From NCBI GenBank assembly GCA_043814985.1, contig JBDRJK010000014.1:34369-98368 (forward strand): a DNA stretch of 64,000 nucleotides. Direction: 5' to 3'. A model generated the notes under the pieces. It was not told where the DNA came from and made no database searches. It saw nothing but the letters and a program-made list of their open reading frames with translations. A program made the position numbers and the translations under genes. The DNA is from Candidatus Aenigmatarchaeota archaeon. Its GTDB lineage: Archaea > Aenigmatarchaeota > Aenigmatarchaeia > Aenigmatarchaeales > Aenigmatarchaeaceae. Positions 10,040 to 20,484 of this stretch are shown piece after piece (positions within the stretch are counted from its first letter, which is position 1; each line of letters begins with the position of its first letter).

Positions 10040-11394
10040 AGGTAGCACTAATAAACCCAGGAAAGACAAACAGTCTATTTTCCGCACCTTTGAGTCTGGG
10101 TTATTTGGCATCCTATGCTAGAAAATACGGAAAAGAAAAGCATGATTTTATAATAATAGATGAAACTATAGGTCAAAAGATTGAAAAAAAGCTTTCAGAA
10201 TTCCAGCCTGATGTTGTAGGAGTTAGTACTTTGACAACTGTCTCCAAAAGGGCTTATGAAATAGCAGAATTCGCCAAAAAACAGTTCAATGCTAAAACTA
10301 TAATAGGTGGAATTCATGCCTCTGTTTTGAGAGAAAAAATTCTCAAAGACTCACTGTTCGATGTTGTCGTTGTTGGTGAGGGTGAGCAAACTTTTTTAGA
10401 GTTGTTGGAATCTAAAAATATGGAGAATATAAAGGGAATAATTTATAGAAAAGACAGCAAGATTATCCAAACAGAAAAGAGAGAATTAATTAAAAATATT
10501 GATATGATACCATTTCCAGCCCGTGATCTAATGGATATAGAGTTTTATTTGTCAAGAAAAGACCAGATACAATCTTTGAATAAGAGAAATATAAACATTA
10601 TAACAAGCAGGGGCTGTCCGTATAATTGTGTTTTCTGTTCTGTTAACAAAGTCTTTGGTGGTGTTGTCAGATTCCATTCTCCCGATTATGTTAAAAAAGA
10701 AATTACCGAACTTAAGAAATATAATTTCGAGGCGCTGTTTTTTACAGACGACACATTCACCATAAACATTCCAAGGCTAAAAGAAATATGCGGTTTTATT
10801 AAAAAGAACAATATTCCATTTTTTTGTTTGGGAAGGGCGAATCTGGTTAACAGAGAAATTCTTCAAATGCTTAAAGAATCCGGCTGTGCGGAAATAGGAT
10901 TCGGTTTTGAATCAATGTCTCCAAAGATACTAAAATATTTGAAAAAGAATACTGTTACAGTAGAACAAAACAGAAATGCTGTTAGACTTTGTAAAGAAGT
11001 TGGTTTGAACCTTCAGTCTTATTTCATGATAGGCAGCCCCAATGAAACAAGAGAGGATATACAAAAGACAGTTGATTTTATTGACGAAGAAAAAATAATT
11101 CCAACAATTTTCGTTACAACTCCCTATCCTGGCACAGAACTTTGGGATTGGTGCGAAGAAAACGATTTGATTCCATCAGATATAAACTGGTCAAAGGCCC
11201 TTTTTGATTACAGAAGCCAACTTCATGCATCTAATGTCCTTACTAAAGAGGAAGTAACAAAAATTTTCCTTGATTTATTGGGAAAATACACTAAAAAAAG
11301 AAGTGCACTTAAAACTTTAAGGAAAATAATCCTAAGACCTGAAGTTTCCCTTGAAACTATAAAAGATTACATAAAAAATAAAGTGAATATATGA
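10036..11394 (+). CDS. Cobalamin-binding radical SAM protein (#4)
   Basis: PLSLGYLAS, GGIHAS, GEGE, SRGCPYNCVFC, TPYPGT. Confidence 0.9.
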   Translation: MKVALINPGKTNSLFSAPLSLGYLASYARKYGKEKHDFIIIDETIGQKIEKKLSEFQPDVVGVSTLTTVSKRAYEIAEFAKKQFNAKTIIGGIHASVLREKILKDSLFDVVVVGEGEQTFLELLESKNMENIKGIIYRKDSKIIQTEKRELIKNIDMIPFPARDLMDIEFYLSRKDQIQSLNKRNINIITSRGCPYNCVFCSVNKVFGGVVRFHSPDYVKKEITELKKYNFEALFFTDDTFTINIPRLKEICGFIKKNNIPFFCLGRANLVNREILQMLKESGCAEIGFGFESMSPKILKYLKKNTVTVEQNRNAVRLCKEVGLNLQSYFMIGSPNETREDIQKTVDFIDEEKIIPTIFVTTPYPGTELWDWCEENDLIPSDINWSKALFDYRSQLHASNVLTKEEVTKIFLDLLGKYTKKRSALKTLRKIILRPEVSLETIKDYIKNKVNI

Positions 11395-12692
11395 TCACTC
11401 TTGTCTATCCAAGAACGCCCCAAACAATGAAAAGTGGTGGGAAATCCTGCCCTTTGGGCATTCAATACCTAGCTTCCTATCTGATAGACAATGGAATAAA
11501 AACCAACGTTATTGATTTCACATTTACAGATTGGAATGAATATGAAAACAAATTAAAAGAGCTGAACTCCGAATTCATTGGCTTTTCAATACAAACACCA
11601 ATAGCAGAGGATGGATTAAGGGCTGTAGAGATTGCAAGAAAGGTTTCTCCCAATTCTAAGATAATAGTTGGAGGAGCACATGCTACAGTTGCAACAAAAA
11701 GTTTGCTGGAAAATGAAAATATAGATTTTGTTGTGGTAGGAGAAGGGGAAAAGGCTCTCCTGAAAATAGTTTCTGGGCAAGCAAGTGGGAAAATAGTTCA
11801 GGGGGAGCACATTGAAAATCTGGATGAACTGCCTTTTCCAAAAAGAGAATTGATGAATTATGAAGAATATTTGAAAATAGGCCGTTCTATGGAACTAATG
11901 GTTTCAAGAGGATGTCCCTTTAACTGCATATTTTGCCAGCCAACACAGAGAAAACTATTTGGCAATAAGGTAAGGACAAGAAGCCCTGAGAATGTCATAG
12001 AAGAAATAAAATACATAATAGAAAAATATGGTAAAAACTTTATTTTTTTCTTTCTTGACGACACATTTACATGGAATGAGGAATGGCTTGAAAAATTCTG
12101 CAATATGGTAAAGCCTTTCAAAATAAGTTGGTCATGTTTGACTAGGGTAAACAGCGTGGATGAAAAGAAACTTAAAATGATGAAGGGGTCAGGCTGCATT
12201 TACATAGCCTATGGTATAGAATCTGGCTCCCAAAAAATTTTGAACTTCATGCGTAAAGGTATAACTGTAGAACAAATAAAGGAAGCATTTAAATTGACAC
12301 ATAAGACAGGGATTCTATGTTACGCATTCATTATAATAGGAACTCCTACGGAAACAAAAGAAGACCTTGAAATGACAGTTGATTTGATAAAGGAAATACA
12401 TCCAGACGGTATACAAATAAGCATAATGACCCCCCTAATAGGCACAGACTTGGATAATTATTGCTCTGAAAGGAAAATAGGAAATATAAAAAATCTTTCA
12501 GATTATCATTACTCTATGAACAATTACCCTATAAAGTTGGAAAACCTTACAAAAGAGGACATATCATTTTATAAGAAAAAAATATTTAATGTTTCAAAAT
12601 CAAAAAAATATAAAAACTATCCCAAATATATCAAGATGGCTTTGTTTAATAGGAAAATGTTATTTTTATTTTTAAAGAAGGATAGAATATAA
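11391..12692 (+). CDS. Cobalamin-binding radical SAM protein (#5)
   Basis: PLGIQYLAS, GGAHAT, GEGE, SRGCPFNCIFC. Confidence 0.9.
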   Translation: MITLVYPRTPQTMKSGGKSCPLGIQYLASYLIDNGIKTNVIDFTFTDWNEYENKLKELNSEFIGFSIQTPIAEDGLRAVEIARKVSPNSKIIVGGAHATVATKSLLENENIDFVVVGEGEKALLKIVSGQASGKIVQGEHIENLDELPFPKRELMNYEEYLKIGRSMELMVSRGCPFNCIFCQPTQRKLFGNKVRTRSPENVIEEIKYIIEKYGKNFIFFFLDDTFTWNEEWLEKFCNMVKPFKISWSCLTRVNSVDEKKLKMMKGSGCIYIAYGIESGSQKILNFMRKGITVEQIKEAFKLTHKTGILCYAFIIIGTPTETKEDLEMTVDLIKEIHPDGIQISIMTPLIGTDLDNYCSERKIGNIKNLSDYHYSMNNYPIKLENLTKEDISFYKKKIFNVSKSKKYKNYPKYIKMALFNRKMLFLFLKKDRI

Positions 12693-12744
12693 AAAAGTAT
12701 ATATATAGACTTAAAAGTGCTATTAATAGTTCAAGGCTAGTTAA

Positions 12745-13323
12745 ATGAATGTAAAAGAAAAAGCGAAAATATATTCGACTGATTACTACAAATCATTAAA
12801 TAAACTGTTGAAAGAAAACGTCAAAGGTAATAAGATTTTTATAATGGGAACACATGCTGATAACGATGTCAAACAGTTTTTAGATAAAGATGTTTTGATT
12901 ATAGATCCTTTCAATTCCTTTTTCAAAGAATACAAAGAGGAATTCGAAAAATTCAAAAATATAAAAATTAAGAAAATGCTTTGGGAAGATATTAATGTAA
13001 ATAAGATATTTGATTGTGTAATATGTTGCGATTGTATAGAGCACTCCAAAAAACCTTACAAGATTCTGAACAAGATAACCAAATTATCAAACCGTATAAT
13101 ATTATCATGCCCCAATGGGTTTTGGTGGTTTAGAGACGCACACAGATATGAGGACCATGGGCACGGTGCCCATATTTCACATTTCACTATAGGAGAGCTC
13201 AAAAAATTCTTTAAACAAAGGGGATATAAGGTTGAGATAAGAGGACTATTACATTATCCATGGCTAAGAGGAATTTTTTCTCTAGGTATATTTTTGAAGG
13301 CAGTAAAAAATGAAAAAACCTAA
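12745..13323 (+). CDS. Methyltransferase-fold protein with degenerate motif I
   Basis: FDCVICCDCIEH, IILSCPN and HISHFT match glycan-locus methyltransferases; GxGxG is replaced by MGTHAD. Confidence 0.6.
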   Translation: MNVKEKAKIYSTDYYKSLNKLLKENVKGNKIFIMGTHADNDVKQFLDKDVLIIDPFNSFFKEYKEEFEKFKNIKIKKMLWEDINVNKIFDCVICCDCIEHSKKPYKILNKITKLSNRIILSCPNGFWWFRDAHRYEDHGHGAHISHFTIGELKKFFKQRGYKVEIRGLLHYPWLRGIFSLGIFLKAVKNEKT

Positions 13324-14065
13324 AGTATCGTTGGTCGTTACAAGCTACAATAGAAAGGACTTAATTAAGAAATGCTTAAACTCATTACTAAACTTAGACT
13401 ACCCAAATAAAGAAATCCTGATAGTAGATTCAGGATCAAAAGACGGAACATTAGAAATGCTAAGAAAGGAATTCTCAAAAATAAGACTCCTAACTACGAA
13501 AAGTGATTCTTTGGTAGAGGCGCACAATCTAGGGATAAAGGAAACTAATGGGGATTATTTCATGAGGGTAGATGATGATCTTGAACTCGATAAAAATTTC
13601 GTGAAAGAACTGGTAAAACTGATGGAGAAAGATAAGAATATTGGGGTTTCTGGAGGAAAAATATATTATCCAAAAACAAACACAATTTGGTGTGTTGGTG
13701 GAAAGATAAACTTCCTAACTGGAATAGTTACGACTCTTGGAATAGGAGAAAAAGACAAGGGTCAATATGATTATACGAGAGAAGTTGATTATATCGGCTC
13801 TTTGATGTTCACAAGAAGAGAGATATTCGATAAGATAGGCGTTCTGGATAAGAGGTTTTCCCCACTTTGCTATGAAGACATAGATTTTTGTGTCAGGGCC
13901 AGGAAAGGGGGTTATAAAGTAGTTTACGTCCCAACTGCTGTTGCTTATCATTATAGAAAGAATAGAAAAATGAATATGATGAGAAGAATTAGAAATGTTT
14001 GGCTGATACAATATCATAAGTTAAAATTTTTAGGGAAACATTTTGGCGGTAAAAGTGTTGTTTAA
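13310..14065 (+). CDS. GT2 family glycosyltransferase
   Basis: VSLVVTSYN, VDSGSKDGT, VDDD, YEDIDFC. Confidence 0.9.
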   Translation: MKKPKVSLVVTSYNRKDLIKKCLNSLLNLDYPNKEILIVDSGSKDGTLEMLRKEFSKIRLLTTKSDSLVEAHNLGIKETNGDYFMRVDDDLELDKNFVKELVKLMEKDKNIGVSGGKIYYPKTNTIWCVGGKINFLTGIVTTLGIGEKDKGQYDYTREVDYIGSLMFTRREIFDKIGVLDKRFSPLCYEDIDFCVRARKGGYKVVYVPTAVAYHYRKNRKMNMMRRIRNVWLIQYHKLKFLGKHFGGKSVV

Positions 14066-15092
14066 CTGGCTAAGATACATTTATTGTAAAAACTCTGATA
14101 GACACCATGTTAGGTCTATAACTTTGGAAGTCACGACTAAATGTAACAATAGATGCTTAATGTGCGATATATGGAAATCCAAAGACAAAAATGACATGAA
14201 GCTTGAAGATATAGAGAAATTCTTTAAAAACTCAAAGTTAAGGGATGTCAGAAGTTTTGCCTTCATGGGTGGGGAGACATACCTTTACACCCACTTAGTT
14301 GAAGCAACTAGACTACTCAAAAAATATGTACCACATACACGCCTTTTCACCTCTTCAAACTGTTATGCTACCGATATTGTTGTCAAAAAAGCAGTTGTGA
14401 TGAATGAAATTATGCCATTATATTTCTGTGCATCATTAGACGGTTTGGAAAAGACCCACAATCACATAAGAGGAGTAAAGGATTCCTACAAACATGTGAT
14501 GAAAACAATCAAACTTCTAAAAGAAAACGGAATAGACCCCTTTGTGTCATTTACATTAGTCCCAGAAAATTACAAACAACTAGAAGAAGTTTATAAAAAG
14601 GTGAGAAAAATGGGCATTAAGAGCATGAGCTCAAGACCAGCTTCCTGTGGTGTCTATTTCGATAATTTAGACAAGAAATTTACCTTCACAGATAAACAGA
14701 AGGCAGAAATGCTCAAAGAGATGAAAAGAATAGATTATGGAGGTCATTTCCTGCTTTATGGGTCAGCGGAATTCCTCCAAGGAAGGAGAGTATTGCCTTG
14801 TGGCGCAGGCTACTTTTCTTGCTTCATAACCAAAAATTTCGATGTTTACCCTTGCACACATTGCCCCAAGGATTGGAATATGGGTAATCTAAGAAACTTT
14901 AATTTCAACCTAGAAAAACTTCTTGACTCTAAAAAAGCCAAAAAAATCAGAAGAAAGGTTGATGTATGTAATAGCTGTATTAACGATATGGAATTCTGCG
15001 CAACCTACTCTATGCAACAATTCAAAGTTGCCTCCTGGTTGTTGAGCAGAAAGCCTTTGTCATGGTTCTTTAAACAGCTATTTAAAAAATAA
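14043..15092 (+). CDS. Radical SAM protein with SPASM/twitch-like C-terminal domain
   Basis: CNNRCLMC, GGE, SLDG...HNHIRG, CGAG...VYPC, CNSC; start codon uncertain. Confidence 0.85.
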   Translation: MAVKVLFNWLRYIYCKNSDRHHVRSITLEVTTKCNNRCLMCDIWKSKDKNDMKLEDIEKFFKNSKLRDVRSFAFMGGETYLYTHLVEATRLLKKYVPHTRLFTSSNCYATDIVVKKAVVMNEIMPLYFCASLDGLEKTHNHIRGVKDSYKHVMKTIKLLKENGIDPFVSFTLVPENYKQLEEVYKKVRKMGIKSMSSRPASCGVYFDNLDKKFTFTDKQKAEMLKEMKRIDYGGHFLLYGSAEFLQGRRVLPCGAGYFSCFITKNFDVYPCTHCPKDWNMGNLRNFNFNLEKLLDSKKAKKIRRKVDVCNSCINDMEFCATYSMQQFKVASWLLSRKPLSWFFKQLFKK

Positions 15093-15140
15093 AAATCTGT
15101 TTTAGAAACATATTTAAAATTCGAACTTAAAGATGATTGT

Positions 15141-16550
15141 ATGAAAGTTTTACTCGCTAATCCTCCGGGTCCTTGGATAAGGTGTAGATGGGACATAGAA
15201 CTGCCTGAGAAGAATGTAATAAAATACTTCCCATATCCTGTTAGACTGGCTTATGCTACAGGTGTGCTGAAAAAGCATGGCTATGATGCACTTATGATTG
15301 ACTGCACAGCAGAAGAAATAAACAGAAGAGAGTTTATTAAAAGATTCAAAAAACTCAAGCCTAACATAATCATATGGGAGACCACAGCATCTTCTTTTGA
15401 CTATGATTTGGAAACCATAAAGAAACTAAAGAAAATCAATCCAAAGGTTCTGATAGGGGCCTCTGGTTACCATGCAACACCAACTTACAAGGAATGCCTT
15501 GAAGGCGGTTATGACTTTGTTATTGTGGGAGAATGCGATTACAGCATTCTTGATTTTGTTAAGTGGTTTAACAAGGAAATCAAAAAATTCCCAAGGGGAG
15601 TTGCCATGAAAAGGCACAAGTTTGTTTCCAGACCTTTAATAAAGAACATTAATGAATTGCCTTGGCCTGAGAGGGAATCCCTACCAATGAAGAAATATAA
15701 TGACCCTAAGTTGCATGGTTTCAATCTAGTGATTATATCTAGCAGAGGCTGCCCGTGGGGTTGTAATTTCTGCACCTCTTCTGTCTACTATAGAAATACA
15801 AACTATAGGATGAGAGATCCGTTAAATGTTGTTGATGAGATGGAGTATTTGTGGAACAAATACAAGCCTGACGAACTGTACTTTGACGATGACAACTTTG
15901 CAGTCAATAAGAAACATGTTAGGGATATATGCAATGATATTTTAAAGAGAAAGTTAAAAATCAGTTGGAACTGTATGGTCGATGCGCTTATAGACTTCAA
16001 GTTAATGAAGCTGATGAAGAAGGCTGGTTGTACAGGAATAACAATAGGTGCTGAGTCCGCAGATGATAAAGTCCTAAAACAGATGGAAGGCAAGCCAATA
16101 ACAAGGGCTTACATAAAGAAATTCATCAGCTATTGCAGAAAGCTCAAGTTAAGGTCACATGTTTGTTGGGTACTTGGGATGAAGGGATCTTCAAAAGAAA
16201 GCGACATGGACACTATTAAATTTGCTATTGAATTAAACTCTGATACGCTGCAATTCGCCATTTGCGTGCCGTTTGTTGGCACAAGACTCTATAAGTGGTG
16301 CTCTGATAAGGGCTATCTTGCAGGCTCATGGAGAGACATAAAAGGCAACAGCAGAGGCATTGTGAGCTATCCAAACTATTCCCATGAAGAAATTGAGGAC
16401 ATGCTGAAATACGCCTTCAAGATGTGGCACAGGAAGATGCTCTTCAAAAGGCCGGACATCATAATATTCCATTTTTACAACCTGTACAAATACCAGGGAT
16501 TCGGGGAAGTAATTAAGGTTTCTTTAAAAAACTTAAAGGAAATATTTTAA
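15141..16550 (+). CDS. Cobalamin-binding radical SAM protein (#6)
   Basis: PYPVRLAYATG, GYHAT, VGECD, SRGCPWGCNFC. Confidence 0.88.
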   Translation: MKVLLANPPGPWIRCRWDIELPEKNVIKYFPYPVRLAYATGVLKKHGYDALMIDCTAEEINRREFIKRFKKLKPNIIIWETTASSFDYDLETIKKLKKINPKVLIGASGYHATPTYKECLEGGYDFVIVGECDYSILDFVKWFNKEIKKFPRGVAMKRHKFVSRPLIKNINELPWPERESLPMKKYNDPKLHGFNLVIISSRGCPWGCNFCTSSVYYRNTNYRMRDPLNVVDEMEYLWNKYKPDELYFDDDNFAVNKKHVRDICNDILKRKLKISWNCMVDALIDFKLMKLMKKAGCTGITIGAESADDKVLKQMEGKPITRAYIKKFISYCRKLKLRSHVCWVLGMKGSSKESDMDTIKFAIELNSDTLQFAICVPFVGTRLYKWCSDKGYLAGSWRDIKGNSRGIVSYPNYSHEEIEDMLKYAFKMWHRKMLFKRPDIIIFHFYNLYKYQGFGEVIKVSLKNLKEIF

Positions 16551-16566
16551 TTGGGTTGAGAGGCTT

Positions 16567-17208
16567 ATGCCAAAGGTTTCAGTAGTTTCAATAGCAAAGA
16601 GAGAAAGAGAACTGGACCAATTGAAGAAGGCTCTCAGAAAGCAGACATACAAGAACTTTGAGTTCGTCTTTTCTACAAAAAGGGGCATACCAAATGCCTG
16701 GAACGATGCTATAGGAAGGGCTAAAGGAGATATTATAATCATTACTGAGTCAGACTGCCTTCCTCTCAACAACAAATGGCTTGAAGAAATGGTAAGGGCC
16801 ATTAAGAAAACTGACAAGAAAACACTAATAAGGGGAGTAGAAATACAACCAACTCCCTGGTGCTGGTCTAACATAGGATGCCATGCTTCTGTTCTCAAGG
16901 ACAATCCTCTTGATGAGTGTTATCCTGTTGGTGAGGACACTGAACTGTTCGCAAGGCTCAAGAAGAAAGGCTACAAAAACATCGAGCTTCCAATAGCGCC
17001 TGTGATACACTTCAAGAAATACAAAGGCTTCTCAAGAACAGTGAAGGACTACTATACCTATGGAATTCTGCTTTCTAAGATAAGAAGAAAGTACGGCTTT
17101 GTAGGTTTTGAAAAGAGCACAGACAAGTCATCTTTCTTGAAAAAAGAATTAACCATAATATTTTCTAGGATTTCATATATTATTGGAATAATCAGGGGCA
17201 TGATATGA
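16567..17208 (+). CDS. GT2-like glycosyltransferase
   Basis: KQTYKNFE, AWNDAIGRAKGDIIIITESDC, GEDTEL. Confidence 0.8.
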   Translation: MPKVSVVSIAKRERELDQLKKALRKQTYKNFEFVFSTKRGIPNAWNDAIGRAKGDIIIITESDCLPLNNKWLEEMVRAIKKTDKKTLIRGVEIQPTPWCWSNIGCHASVLKDNPLDECYPVGEDTELFARLKKKGYKNIELPIAPVIHFKKYKGFSRTVKDYYTYGILLSKIRRKYGFVGFEKSTDKSSFLKKELTIIFSRISYIIGIIRGMI

Positions 17209-17238
17209 TAGAAACTACATACTACAAGGGAAAAAATC

Positions 17239-18180
17239 ATGAATAGGGTAAAAATAAGTTTTCTAATTACGGCATTGAACGAGGAAAAGACAATAGGGAA
17301 GGTTCTTGATAATCTGGCAAGATTGAAAAAAGTTGAGCCTAACATAGAAGTTCTGGCTGCTATTGACGGGTCAACAGACAGGACAGAGGAAATAATGAAA
17401 AGATACAGATTTGTCAAGATTCTTATCCGCGGTCCTCGCAGGGGAAAGGACGTTTCAGTTCACAAGTTAACACAGGCTGCAAAGGGTGGAATATTAGTTA
17501 TCCACGATTCAGATTGGATATTTAGGTGGAACAAGAAATCAATCAAAAAAATGATAAAATTCTTCAAGGAAAATCCTGATGTAGGCGGTTATGTCCAAAG
17601 CTTCTTTAACAGGAGAGAGGATTATCTGAATGATCCAGCGCCATTTACTGTGAAGATTGGTTTTATAGGAGAGTCAGTAGCTTCTAACTTGATAAGAGGT
17701 TTTGCCAGAAAGCATCATGAGAAGTGTAAAAGATTGGAGGATTTGATTTTCACACCCCTGGTTTTTATCATGAGGGGTGGGATAATTTCAAAAAAGACAA
17801 GATTAAACAAGAAGGAAATAGGAGACGAAATGAAAAGAACGCATGAAATAATGAAGAAAGGATACAGGATAGTTTACACAGATACTGAATTGCCGTATTT
17901 TGAAATTTTATACAAGAAAACAAGCTTCAATGATTTGGTAAGTCAAAGAACCAGGGGCTTCCTCCTTAACAGCTTCCAACCTAAAATCTACGGTTGGAAT
18001 GTCACAAAATATTATTTTCTGATAGTTACACATTTCATAAAGAATTACTTTAAACTCAGCCCAATAGAAATGATAGGACTAGATGTTTGGATTTTATCGG
18101 CTATGATATCATATATAAAAGTTAAAACAGGATTAGTAAAAGATAAAAAACCCTGGTCATACAGAGTAAAAAGACGATGA
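17239..18180 (+). CDS. GT2 family glycosyltransferase
   Basis: ITALNEEKTI, IDGSTDRT, HDSD, QRTR motif. Confidence 0.85.
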   Translation: MNRVKISFLITALNEEKTIGKVLDNLARLKKVEPNIEVLAAIDGSTDRTEEIMKRYRFVKILIRGPRRGKDVSVHKLTQAAKGGILVIHDSDWIFRWNKKSIKKMIKFFKENPDVGGYVQSFFNRREDYLNDPAPFTVKIGFIGESVASNLIRGFARKHHEKCKRLEDLIFTPLVFIMRGGIISKKTRLNKKEIGDEMKRTHEIMKKGYRIVYTDTELPYFEILYKKTSFNDLVSQRTRGFLLNSFQPKIYGWNVTKYYFLIVTHFIKNYFKLSPIEMIGLDVWILSAMISYIKVKTGLVKDKKPWSYRVKRR

Positions 18181-18839
18181 TTACTAAAAAATTAAGTTCT
18201 ATGTCTGATAAAATGAAAAGAAAAAAAACCGTAGAGAAAGAATTTGACGATTTATGGAAGGAAACAAAATCAGTTTCATTTCTGGGAGGAATAATTTTCT
18301 ATATATCTGAGAGGGCAGCAATGAAGTCGATAGGCTTCATCAGCAGAAAATCCAAGGTTGTAGATGTTGGTTGTGCTACAGGAAGAACCCTCCTTCTTTT
18401 TAGAAAATACGGCTTTTCAGACAGCATTGGAATAGACATATCAAAAGAGAGCCTGAAAATATGCAATTCAGAGGGTCTTGAGACAGGCAAGGATGTTTTT
18501 CTCATGGATGCCAAACGCATGAAATTCAAGAAAAGGTCCTTTGACTTGGTATTTGCAGAGGGACTTCTTGAGCACTTTGAAAACTTCCAGCCCTTTGTTG
18601 ACGAGATGTGCAGGATAAGCAAGAAATATGTTATGGTAATACAACCTAATGCGTTCTCTTACTGGCATCATATAGAAAATTTTTACTGGAAATTTTTCCC
18701 AAGGGACCATGTAGAGCAGCTGGCATATAGCTTGGATGATTTCAACAAAGCCTTTATGAAGAACAACTTCAAACTTAAAAAGGTTAAAAACTTAATTTTA
18801 AATTCAGGTTGGTCAATACTTTACGAAAGAAAAAAGTGA
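18177..18839 (+). CDS. Class I SAM-dependent methyltransferase
   Basis: VVDVGCATG, GIDIS, FDLVFAEGLLEHF. Confidence 0.9.
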   Translation: MITKKLSSMSDKMKRKKTVEKEFDDLWKETKSVSFLGGIIFYISERAAMKSIGFISRKSKVVDVGCATGRTLLLFRKYGFSDSIGIDISKESLKICNSEGLETGKDVFLMDAKRMKFKKRSFDLVFAEGLLEHFENFQPFVDEMCRISKKYVMVIQPNAFSYWHHIENFYWKFFPRDHVEQLAYSLDDFNKAFMKNNFKLKKVKNLILNSGWSILYERKK

Positions 18840-18843
18840 TTTA

Positions 18844-20337
18844 ATGCCAGAAGAACAATACAAAAAATACGAGTTTTTATTCATTCTATCCATTTTTATT
18901 ATTGGATTTTTATTCATTTATCTAGCTTCCAATACACCGATGCTGGGAGAAGACGAAGCCGGTTATGTAAGCTTAGCAAAGGAGTTCATGGGCTTAGAAT
19001 ATGAAAAAAGCATTTATGCAATTGCACCACTGGCTTCACTTCTTTATGTTCCATTTTTCACTATTTTTGGTCCCTCATTAGGCCTTGCAAAGGCTATAAT
19101 AGCCTTTTTCGGAATCTTAACAATAATTATGGTATATCTGTTTTGTAAAAAACTAAACCCAGCATCGTTTTATGGCATCAATATATGCGGTTTGGCATCA
19201 ATAGCAATCCTTTTGACGATATTCTACTTCCCACATTTCATGATGCTATCATATACAGAAATTCCGATAGCATTCTTTTCAATTCTTTTTGTCTATCTTT
19301 TACTGGACTTAAAGACGATTAAGGGTGCCGTCCTTGTAGGAATTATAATGGGTTTATCGTTTTATCTTAAATCTAGTTCTTTAATATTTCCAATTACAAT
19401 ATTTCTATTTTCTTTGATAAAATACATTCTGAAAAAAGACAAAGAATTTTTCAAACTGTCTATAATATCAATTTTCATATTTAGTCTTTTAATGTTACCT
19501 TTCATTATAAGAAACATAATTCTATTCAACTATCCATTTGTAGAAGGTTTTAATATTTTCTTTGAAATGCCCAGAGTTATAGAACCAACTTGGGCTTCAG
19601 CCGAAGCAGCCAAACTTATATCAATTCCAGTAAACCTTTTCAACGTTTTCGGGTTTGTGCCCCTTTTCTTTTGTATTATTGGTATGATTTATTCATGGCA
19701 AACAAAAAATAAGAAAATAATCCCATCCATATTTCTATTTTTACTTTTTATTCTCGTTTTTTATTTTAGAAACATTCTTGGAATCGCCATCGGCGATCCT
19801 AGGTATCTTTCCATCATATTTCCACAAATAGCTGTATTAGGGGGCTTTTACATAAGCCAAGTTGCAAAAATGAAGAAATACATTTCATTACTGGTGGTTG
19901 TGTTTTTCATTTACGCCCTTTCAACTAGCATAACAGTTGCGCTTTCCACATCTCAATCTACAAGATACCCTGATAATTATATACAGGCATTGAGATGGGT
20001 AAAACAAAATACAAATGAAGATGATTTGATATTCACTGCTTATAGTGGTAGTCTAGCATACTATGGGGAAAGACAAAATGTCTGGGCAGTATCAATGGAT
20101 GAGTTTCCGGATTTGATGCATTCTACCAATTCCACTCAAATATACAAGACACTGAAAGAATATGGTATATCTTATATTTTGATATGGAGAGGTATTCTCT
20201 CGGATGACTGGATAATACCGGAAAGCAACATAATAGGTGTTTTCACCTACAACTTCGCTATCCAGGTTGATGGCGACAAAGAAAATTTCGAGATGGTTTA
20301 CTCTAACCAGGATAACTTTATTTATAAATTACTGTAG
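18844..20337 (+). CDS. GT-C (ArnT/PMT-like) membrane glycosyltransferase
   Basis: GEDEAGY after TM1, many TM helices, PRY motif, soluble C-terminal domain. Confidence 0.75.
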   Translation: MPEEQYKKYEFLFILSIFIIGFLFIYLASNTPMLGEDEAGYVSLAKEFMGLEYEKSIYAIAPLASLLYVPFFTIFGPSLGLAKAIIAFFGILTIIMVYLFCKKLNPASFYGINICGLASIAILLTIFYFPHFMMLSYTEIPIAFFSILFVYLLLDLKTIKGAVLVGIIMGLSFYLKSSSLIFPITIFLFSLIKYILKKDKEFFKLSIISIFIFSLLMLPFIIRNIILFNYPFVEGFNIFFEMPRVIEPTWASAEAAKLISIPVNLFNVFGFVPLFFCIIGMIYSWQTKNKKIIPSIFLFLLFILVFYFRNILGIAIGDPRYLSIIFPQIAVLGGFYISQVAKMKKYISLLVVVFFIYALSTSITVALSTSQSTRYPDNYIQALRWVKQNTNEDDLIFTAYSGSLAYYGERQNVWAVSMDEFPDLMHSTNSTQIYKTLKEYGISYILIWRGILSDDWIIPESNIIGVFTYNFAIQVDGDKENFEMVYSNQDNFIYKLL

Positions 20338-20361
20338 CTATAAAAATTAAATGGTGATTGG

Positions 20362-20484
20362 TTGAAAGTAATTCTAATAAACCCCCAATATACCCAAGGC
20401 TATATTCACAGTACTGTGTCCAGTGGTAAGAAAATATTATTTTCGGTTAGTATAAGGCATTATCTAAGTGAAAAATATGCCTAG
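20362..20484 (+). pseudogene. Orphaned 5' end of the radical SAM gene now starting at 21330
   Basis: GGTGA Shine-Dalgarno then TTG; reads (M)KVILINPQYTQGYIHS, matching MVKILAVNPQFTPDYIHS at 21330, then runs into unrelated sequence and stops at 20484. Confidence 0.75.
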
